From Elusimicrobiales bacterium (GTDB lineage: Bacteria > Elusimicrobiota > Elusimicrobia > Elusimicrobiales > UBA9959), in NCBI GenBank assembly GCA_049972095.1, contig JBMFKQ010000041.1, positions 1-10,697 on the forward strand: a stretch of DNA of 10,697 nucleotides, read 5' to 3'. The notes below the pieces were generated by a model. The model made no database searches and was not told where the DNA came from. It worked only from the letters and a program-made list of their open reading frames with translations. The translations under genes and the position numbers were made by a program. Shown here in pieces: positions 1 through 6,319 of the stretch; within the stretch, counting starts at the first letter, position 1, and each line of letters starts with the position of its first letter.

Positions 1-90
1 CTGCTCGGGTTTTGCACCGGTATGGAGTTCCTTAATCATTCTTTTCAGAAGTTCTTTTTTAATTTCCTTTTTGCCAAATATTTCATTCAC
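1..90 (-). CDS. 5' end of a DUF438-like protein (family usually DUF438 + hemerythrin + PAS); runs off the window
   Basis: Not in the ORF track. GTG at 90-88 overlaps the upstream TGA (GTGA, 90-87), with SD AAGGAGG at 104-98. Open to the window edge: MNEIFGKKEIKKELLKRMIKELHTGAKPEQ, resembling the DUF438 N-terminal pattern 'K.E.LK.II..LH.G...E'. Only 30 codons visible. Confidence 0.7.
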   Translation of the reverse strand, partial: MNEIFGKKEIKKELLKRMIKELHTGAKPEQ

Positions 91-512
91 AACTTTACCT
101 CCTTCTTATTTTCTATTACAAACTCTTCTATTTTTGCTTTTATTTCATCTCTTACCTTTCTAAAAATCATCAGTACCTGTTCCTCGTTTCCTTTAGATTC
201 TGCGGGGTCTATAAAGCTCCAGTGTAGAATTTTTTTCACCTTCCCTGTGAACAAAGGACAGGCTTCACCGCAAAGAGTTATAACATAATCAAAATCCTGG
301 TTATGAAAAGTTTCTACGGATTTACTTTTTTGCTCTGAAATATCAATCCCGAGTTCTGTCATAACCTTTATTGCTAACGGATGAACAAAAGATGGTTTTG
401 CACCTGCAGAATAGACTTCAAATTGCGTGCCATAAAAATGCCTTAAGATCCCCTATGCCATCTGAGAACGGCAGGAGTTTGTTGTGCAAAGAAAAAGGAC
501 TTTTCGTTTCAC
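87..512 (-). pseudogene. arsC: Arsenate reductase ArsC / LMW-PTP-fold protein interrupted by an in-frame TAG at 455-453
   Basis: Extending the 87..362 frame upstream to GTG 512 gives [58 protein letters not shown]...VITLCGEACP...HWSFIDP. It has the CX5R P-loop, SAG, two further Cys and HW.F.DP. The stop sits where the family has Glu (SQMAEG). The start codon is uncertain (weak SD). Confidence 0.9.
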
Positions 513-529
513 ATTTTCAACCGTTTAAG

Positions 530-1114
530 TTAGTAATCCTCACATTTAATTTGATAGAAGTTCCTTCCGTGGTCACAAGATGGGCATTTTTCTGGTGGTT
601 GCTTTCCAAAATGAACATAACCGCATTCACGGCAAACCCACCAGACATCTTTTTCTTTTTTGAATGCCGTTCCTGCCTCAACTTCTTTCAAAAGTTTTTT
701 GTATCTTTCTTCATGATGTTTTTCTGCTACTGCAATTGCTCTTAGCCTTTTGGCAATCTCAGGAAGTCCTTCTTTTTCAGCAATATCAGCAAATTCTGGA
801 TACATTTTTGTGTATTCATAATTTTCTCCAGCAATCGCTGCTTTTAAATTCTCCGCCGTTGTGCCAAGTATTGTTGGTGCTACCGCTTCAACCTTTATTT
901 CGTCAAGATTTTCTTTGCTTTTCTTTTTCAATTCGTTAATCAATTTAAACAGCCAACTTGCATGCTCTCTCTCGTTTTCTGCCGTGATGAGAAAAATCTC
1001 GGCAATCTGTTCAAATCCTTCTCTTTTGGCAATTTTGGAATAGAAAGTATATCTATTCCTTGCCTGGCTTTCACCAATAAATGCGTTGGTTAGATTTTCA
1101 ATTGTCTTTTTCAT
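530..1114 (-). CDS. rbr: Rubrerythrin (di-iron four-helix bundle plus C-terminal rubredoxin domain), 194 aa
   Basis: [20 protein letters not shown] and AEKHH di-iron motifs; WVCRECG...CPSC rubredoxin site. Start moved to ATG 1114 because SD GGGAGGT (1127-1121) precedes it. Confidence 0.96.
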   Translation of the reverse strand: MKKTIENLTNAFIGESQARNRYTFYSKIAKREGFEQIAEIFLITAENEREHASWLFKLINELKKKSKENLDEIKVEAVAPTILGTTAENLKAAIAGENYEYTKMYPEFADIAEKEGLPEIAKRLRAIAVAEKHHEERYKKLLKEVEAGTAFKKEKDVWWVCRECGYVHFGKQPPEKCPSCDHGRNFYQIKCEDY

Positions 1115-1161
1115 AGTTTTACCTCCCTTCATTTTGTTTAGTAATAACCTCGTCATCTTTT

Positions 1162-1190
1162 ATTGTACAAACCTAATAAGATAATGTCAA
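1162..1190 (-). promoter_or_regulatory. Sigma70-type promoter for the rbr operon
   Basis: Minus strand TTGACA (1190-1185), 17-bp spacer, TACAAT (1167-1162), about 50 nt upstream of the rbr start. Confidence 0.85.
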
Positions 1191-1195
1191 GAGTT

Positions 1196-1312
1196 TGTAA
1201 GATCTCCATACATTTTGGACTTTTCTGGTGTTAATTCTTTGTTTTCTATTTTCTCTTTAATTAAATATTCCATCGGTGTCATCTCTATATTCTTAATGAT
1301 ACCTCTTTGAAC
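1196..1312 (-). mobile_element. Decayed 3' end of an integrase-core (IS481-like) insertion sequence
   Basis: Minus strand reads SKRYH* then, after a frameshift, IEMTPMEYLIKEKIENKELTPEKSKMYGDLT, ending in ...ACA at 1196. This resembles the 'R.H...TP' C-terminal motif of IS3/IS481 transposases and the TGT...ACA termini of IS481. No partner end found. Confidence 0.5.
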
Positions 1313-1366
1313 TCAAATTAGATGTTTTTGATGCTCTTCCATAGGTTAATTTTATAAAATATAAAT

Positions 1367-1591
1367 ATGACTGATCACTTGTCTGCAATTGGAAGATTTC
1401 TTGTAATCTTTGGATTGATTATTGCTGGAATAGGGCTTGTTATATCTCTTCTTCCAAAGATTCCTTTTCTTGGAAGGCTTCCTGGTGATATATACATAAA
1501 AAAGAATAACTTTATATTCTATATGCCCCTTGTCACATCGCTTATTTTAAGTATTCTTATAAGTCTGATAATATCTCTGCTTAGAAAATAG
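1367..1591 (+). CDS. DUF2905-family small membrane protein, 74 aa
   Basis: Two hydrophobic segments flanking the characteristic GRLPGDI motif; 'P..TSLILS' in the second segment. Confidence 0.9.
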   Translation: MTDHLSAIGRFLVIFGLIIAGIGLVISLLPKIPFLGRLPGDIYIKKNNFIFYMPLVTSLILSILISLIISLLRK

Positions 1592-1593
1592 AG

Positions 1594-1621
1594 TTTAAAG
1601 TCTTGTTCAATTTTGTATAAT
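1594..1621 (+). promoter_or_regulatory. Candidate sigma70 promoter for smc
   Basis: TATAAT at 1616-1621 with weak -35 TTTAAA (1594-1599, 16-bp spacer). The AT-rich context makes chance matches likely. Confidence 0.35.
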
Positions 1622-1693
1622 GGTATTTGTATAGTTTTGTTTAAAATAGTATGTATGTATTATTTGGGTGTTTAGATTTTTTTGAGGAGAATT

Positions 1694-4600
1694 ATGTACC
1701 TTAAATGTATTGAGCTTTATGGATTTAAGTCTTTTGCTAACAGGACAAAGATTGAATTTTATCCTGGTATAAACATAATAGTTGGGCCTAATGGATGTGG
1801 AAAATCTAATATAGTTGATGCAATAAGATGGTCAATAGGGGAGATGTCAAGGAAGGCCCTTCGAATGCCTTCAATAACTGATGTTATATTTGCAGGAACT
1901 TTCAAAAGACAGCAGATGAATCTCGCGGAGGTTACACTTGTTTTTGACAACACTGAAAGAAAGCTTCCAATTCATTTTGATGAGGTTGCAATAACAAGAA
2001 AGATATATAGAACTGAGGAATCAGAATACTTCATTAACAGGATTTCCTGCCGTCTCAAAGATATAAAGGAGATGTTTCTTGATACAGGGATAGGCTCTAA
2101 TGGTTATGCAGTAATAGATCAAGGTGAGATAGATGAGATACTTATTGCTGATGCTGTTGAAAGAAGAGAGGTTTTTGAAGAGGTTGCTGGTATATCCAGA
2201 TACAGAGCAAAAAGGGAGGAGACGATAGCAAAGCTTGAGAAGGTTTCTGTTGATCTTTCAATAGTTGAAAACTCTGTTGCGCTTATAGAACAGCAGATAA
2301 AGAAACTTGAACAGGATGCAAAAAAGGCAAAATTAAGACAGCAATATATGGAGGAACTACGGGATCTTGAGATTGCATCAATTGTAAAAAGCATAGCGAG
2401 TCTATACTCTATGATATCAGAGGAGGAAAAACTGCTCAAGCCTGTAATTAATGAGATCGCTGAGATACAGATTGAGGTTTCAAAAATTGATGCTGAAAAA
2501 TCAAAAAAAGAACTCGAGCTTGATGAAAAGAACAATGTGAATAAAGGCTTGTCTGAGAAGATTGTTTCTACCCGGCTTGAAATATCCCAGACAGAGGGTA
2601 AGATAATAAGTAATGAGGAGATGATAAAGGAGATAAGATCAAATATTGACCATCTTTCTCATAGACATGCAAAGAATGTTGATACAAAAACACTGATTAT
2701 TCCGAAAATTGATGAGCTAAAAAAAGAACTTGATATTATTAAAAATGATGATATAAATATATCAGCTGAGTATGAAAGAATCTCTGATGAATGTAAGCAG
2801 TATGAGAGCAAAATAGAAGAGATTGATAGGTTTATTGCTGATGGTGAGCATAAAACTGTTGAGCAGTATCAGAAAGAAATAGAGCTTTCAAATATGCTTA
2901 CTAGACTTGAATCAGAAATGGCTCATACTGATGAGGATATATCATCAGCCTTTAAAGATAGGCAGAAAGTATCTTACCAGATAGATCTTTTAGATAATGA
3001 GCTTAAAAAACTTGAAACTGAACTCTACACTCTTAATCAGATTAGAACCACTCTTGATAACGAAGCTATTGATGCAGCTATGAGGAAAAAAAATTTAGAA
3101 GATGAACTTTTAAAGGTAGAGGAGGAAAATAAAAGGATTTCACTTGATATAGTTTCACTTGAAAGTCGTTTAGATGCCTTAATCAAGGATGCTGAGAAAG
3201 ACAGTTATTGGCTTGGCACAAAAACTGCCGTTAACAGCGCAATAGAGGGAGTTGAGGGGGTTTTGAGAAATCTTATTAAGTTTAAGGGAGAGAGCAAAGC
3301 TATTATGGAGGATATCCTTGGTGAGGCAGTAGATGCTGTTGTTGTAAGAGACAGAGAAACTGCTCTCAAATGTGTAGAGCACATAAGAAACACAGGCAAG
3401 GGAAGGGCAAGGTTTATAGTGCTTTCAAATATTCCGCCGCTTTCACCACCTTCGGATATTGTTGATGCATTTTTTGAGTTTCCTGAAAAATACAGAAATC
3501 TAATGAATTATCTTACAAAAGGCTTTACTGTAGATGGAAGCACTGTGGCTTCAGAGATATGGGTTTGTGGAGGCGTTGAAGATGTTAGTTCAAACGAACC
3601 TTATTGGGCAGAACTTGATGAGATAAAAAGAAATATAGAATCTCTTAAAGAATCAAAAACGAGAAATGATAGTCTGATACTGAAAATCAAAGAAGATATT
3701 GTTGAGATAGAGAGAAGGATTTCAGATATTGAAAGTAGAATAAATGAGGCCGAGACTCAGATGGCAGTTAAGAAAAATATGAGATTAAACCTTGATGAGA
3801 AAAGAAAGATAACTTATGAAAATCTAAAGTTTATAGAGGTTGAAATATCTAAGTTTGAAAACATAAAGAATGAGATTACTAAAAAGATTGAGGATACAAA
3901 AAAGGAGCTTGAGTTAGTAAAAAGCATTGGGGCCAGGTTAAGACAGGATGCAGAGGATCTTAAAAAACGTAGAGCTGAACTTGAAAAACTCCTCATAGAA
4001 AAAAAAGGGCAGCTTGCCTCTATAAAACATAAAAAGGATTCTATTTCTCAAAATATTGCTTCTCTTTCATTTTCACTTAGTTCCCTTGAAAAACAGATTG
4101 AGAATATAAACATAGAAGAATCCGAGTATTCACGCTCGCTTTTAGAGATGGAGAATAGGGTTAAAGCTCTTGAGGATGAAAATAAAAATCTTGCCGTAAA
4201 AAGAGAAGAGCTTTTAAACGATCTCAAAGAGCTTGATATTCAAAAAACCTTAGTTGAATCAGAAATGAGTGATATAAGAAACTACCTTGCTCATCTAAAC
4301 ACAACGCTGAAAGAAAATAATGAAATAATAAGAGAAAGATTTGATAAAAAGAATGAGATTGAGCTTAGAATAAACACATACAAAACAAGAATAGATGATC
4401 TTAAAAATAGGCTTGAGACAGAGTATCTTGTAGGATATGACGATGTAAAGGATAAATATTTATCGGTGGGGGTTGATGAGAAAAGGGTTGAGTATCTTAA
4501 GAAGAGGATTGATAACATAGGGCCTGTTAATATGACTGCACCTACTGAATATGAGGAGTTGATGAAAGAATATGATGAAAAGATGAGGCAGATAAATGAC

Positions 4601-5149
4601 CTTAAACAGGCAAGAGATGATCTTAAACAAGCAATATCAAAGATCAATCAGACAACAAAAGAAAATCTAAAAACAACCTTTGATAAGGTAAATGAACACT
4701 TCAAGAAGATATATTCAACGCTTTTCAATGGTGGAACAGCTAAGCTGATTTTTACTGATCCAGATAACATACTTGAAAGTGGTATTGAGATAGTAGCGTG
4801 CCCCCCGGGCAAAAAGCTTGTGAATATATCGCAGTTTTCTGGGGGAGAAAAATCTCTCACAGCCATAGCTCTTCTTTTCAGTTTTTTCTGCGTAAATCCC
4901 TCACCATTTTGTGTTATGGATGAGGTGGATGCTGCTCTTGATGAGTCAAATGTTGAGAGGTTTGTCAATATGCTTAAAAGCTTTGCACCTTCAACACAGT
5001 TTATTGTAATAACTCATAACAAAAGAACTATGGAGGTTGGGGACAGAATATACGGAGTTACTATGGAGGAGATGGGAGTTTCAAAGGTTATATCTGTGGA
5101 TCTTAAAAGAGCTGTGAGTATGGTTGAAGAAAATACAATAGCCGTATGA
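1694..5149 (+). CDS. smc: Chromosome segregation protein Smc (condensin), 1151 aa
   Basis: MYLK.IEL.GFKSFA N-terminus; Walker A GPNGCGKSN (1784-1810); Q-loop IDQGEI; two long coiled coils around a central hinge; GPVNM.A; signature FSGGEKS; Walker B/D-loop VMDEVDAALD; VITH switch. Start set at ATG 1694, after SD GAGGAG (1684-1689). Confidence 0.97.
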   Translation: MYLKCIELYGFKSFANRTKIEFYPGINIIVGPNGCGKSNIVDAIRWSIGEMSRKALRMPSITDVIFAGTFKRQQMNLAEVTLVFDNTERKLPIHFDEVAITRKIYRTEESEYFINRISCRLKDIKEMFLDTGIGSNGYAVIDQGEIDEILIADAVERREVFEEVAGISRYRAKREETIAKLEKVSVDLSIVENSVALIEQQIKKLEQDAKKAKLRQQYMEELRDLEIASIVKSIASLYSMISEEEKLLKPVINEIAEIQIEVSKIDAEKSKKELELDEKNNVNKGLSEKIVSTRLEISQTEGKIISNEEMIKEIRSNIDHLSHRHAKNVDTKTLIIPKIDELKKELDIIKNDDINISAEYERISDECKQYESKIEEIDRFIADGEHKTVEQYQKEIELSNMLTRLESEMAHTDEDISSAFKDRQKVSYQIDLLDNELKKLETELYTLNQIRTTLDNEAIDAAMRKKNLEDELLKVEEENKRISLDIVSLESRLDALIKDAEKDSYWLGTKTAVNSAIEGVEGVLRNLIKFKGESKAIMEDILGEAVDAVVVRDRETALKCVEHIRNTGKGRARFIVLSNIPPLSPPSDIVDAFFEFPEKYRNLMNYLTKGFTVDGSTVASEIWVCGGVEDVSSNEPYWAELDEIKRNIESLKESKTRNDSLILKIKEDIVEIERRISDIESRINEAETQMAVKKNMRLNLDEKRKITYENLKFIEVEISKFENIKNEITKKIEDTKKELELVKSIGARLRQDAEDLKKRRAELEKLLIEKKGQLASIKHKKDSISQNIASLSFSLSSLEKQIENINIEESEYSRSLLEMENRVKALEDENKNLAVKREELLNDLKELDIQKTLVESEMSDIRNYLAHLNTTLKENNEIIRERFDKKNEIELRINTYKTRIDDLKNRLETEYLVGYDDVKDKYLSVGVDEKRVEYLKKRIDNIGPVNMTAPTEYEELMKEYDEKMRQINDLKQARDDLKQAISKINQTTKENLKTTFDKVNEHFKKIYSTLFNGGTAKLIFTDPDNILESGIEIVACPPGKKLVNISQFSGGEKSLTAIALLFSFFCVNPSPFCVMDEVDAALDESNVERFVNMLKSFAPSTQFIVITHNKRTMEVGDRIYGVTMEEMGVSKVISVDLKRAVSMVEENTIAV

Positions 5150-5883
5150 GACATGCAATAATAGCAGATATCCATTCAAATTATCAGGCTCTTGAGGCTG
5201 TTTTAAAGGATATTCAAAAAAGAGATATTAATAGTTATATAATATGCGGTGATATCATTGGCTATGGACCACAGCCGTTAGAATGTATAGGTGAGATAAG
5301 AAAGCTTAAAAATTGTAGATTTGTGCTTGGTAATCATGATGCTGTTATTGTGGAAAAGATGGATATAAGATGGTTTAATGAGTATGCAAAAAAGAGTCTT
5401 GAGATAACATCCCATATGATCTCAAATGAGATAAAGGAGTGGTTTAATAGTATGCCACTTAGAATAGAAACACAAATTTTCACTGCTGTTCATGGATCTC
5501 CTAAAAATCCTCTTAAAGAGTATCTTTTAAGTGAAATGCAGTGCTCTGAAAATATGAAGATTGTTAATACACCACTTCTTTTCTATGGCCATACTCATAT
5601 ACCTATGTATTTCTGCTTAAATGAAGAGGGGAAAATTTGGGGTGATTTTATAAAACCTTTTTCAAAGATAAAGATAAAAGAGTATATAAAGTGTTTTATA
5701 AATCCTGGTTCTGTAGGCCAGCCAAGGGATGGTAACCCTATGGCAAGTTATGGTGTGTTTGATGATGAGACGATGATATTTGAGCTTGTGAGAGTTAGAT
5801 ATGATATTAAGAAGGTTCAGGATTTGATGAAAAAGGAAGGTATTCATCAGTTGCTTATTGAAAGGCTTGAGTTTGGATTTTGA
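5146..5883 (+). CDS. Calcineurin-like metallophosphoesterase (YfcE/MJ0912-like), 245 aa
   Basis: DIHSN, GDIIGYG, GNHD, VHGSP, GHTH and NPGSVGQPRDG motifs. ATGA overlap with the smc stop. Confidence 0.93.
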   Translation: MRHAIIADIHSNYQALEAVLKDIQKRDINSYIICGDIIGYGPQPLECIGEIRKLKNCRFVLGNHDAVIVEKMDIRWFNEYAKKSLEITSHMISNEIKEWFNSMPLRIETQIFTAVHGSPKNPLKEYLLSEMQCSENMKIVNTPLLFYGHTHIPMYFCLNEEGKIWGDFIKPFSKIKIKEYIKCFINPGSVGQPRDGNPMASYGVFDDETMIFELVRVRYDIKKVQDLMKKEGIHQLLIERLEFGF

Positions 5884-5888
5884 TTTTT

Positions 5889-6266
5889 ATGAAAAGAATT
5901 GTTGTCATAGATGATGATAAAAATTTCACAGATACTTTGAGAGATCTTCTTAAAGAGAAGATAAAAGAAGATATTGAGATATATGTTTTTTCAAATGTTA
6001 AAGATGCTGTTATTTTTCTTTCAGGGGAATTGGTTGATCTAATAATACTTGATGTGCATTTTGAAGGAACACATGGTTTTGATTTTCTCGATATGCTAAA
6101 GAAAAATCCAAGATTATCAGCAATCCCTGTTATAATGGTGTCCGCAAGATACACTGAGCCTCTTGACAGGATAAAAGCTGTTAATATGGGAGCTGTTGCA
6201 TATTTTTCAAAACCGCTTGATATCGATAAGCTTGCAAAAGAGATAATGAATTATGTTAAAAAATAG
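5889..6266 (+). CDS. Single-domain response regulator receiver (CheY-like), about 125 aa
   Basis: IVVIDDD acidic pocket, phosphoacceptor in DLIILD, IPVIMVSA, GA..Y.SKP; no output domain. Start is ATG 5889, or TTG 5880 overlapping the upstream TGA. Confidence 0.92.
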   Translation: MKRIVVIDDDKNFTDTLRDLLKEKIKEDIEIYVFSNVKDAVIFLSGELVDLIILDVHFEGTHGFDFLDMLKKNPRLSAIPVIMVSARYTEPLDRIKAVNMGAVAYFSKPLDIDKLAKEIMNYVKK

Positions 6267-6319
6267 AAATGTTGATATAACATCAGTTCTTTTTAAAAAG
6301 TTATCATTATCACTTTTAA

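Noticed and set aside
22..1043. Plus-strand ORFs 22..288, 371..745, 664..939 and 861..1043
   Set aside because: Antisense shadows of arsC and rbr with no recognisable motifs.
1115..1156. Longer ORF-track start for rbr (likewise 1682 for smc and 9115 for the HEAT gene)
   Set aside because: Each extension runs through a clear SD that precedes a downstream ATG (1114, 1694, 9127).
1650..1675. TATG micro-repeat and mini-ORF MYYLGV upstream of smc
   Set aside because: Too short, no SD, and expected by chance in AT-rich DNA.
1367..1696. DUF2905 is in frame with smc, separated only by two TAG codons (1589-1591 and 1673-1675); with the arsC amber this could suggest TAG recoding and a membrane-anchored Smc
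   Set aside because: No in-frame TAG occurs in over 2,700 codons of the intact plus-strand genes. TAG ends three genes at natural C-termini, and smc has its own SD and canonical N-terminus.
1694..5883. SMC ATPase plus phosphoesterase as an SbcCD/Rad50-Mre11 pair or a Wadjet/Lamassu-type defence system
   Set aside because: The ATPase has canonical condensin Smc motifs and a hinge, not a CxxC zinc hook. The phosphoesterase is the short NPGSVGQPRDG type rather than SbcD, and no kleisin, KITE or effector genes are adjacent.
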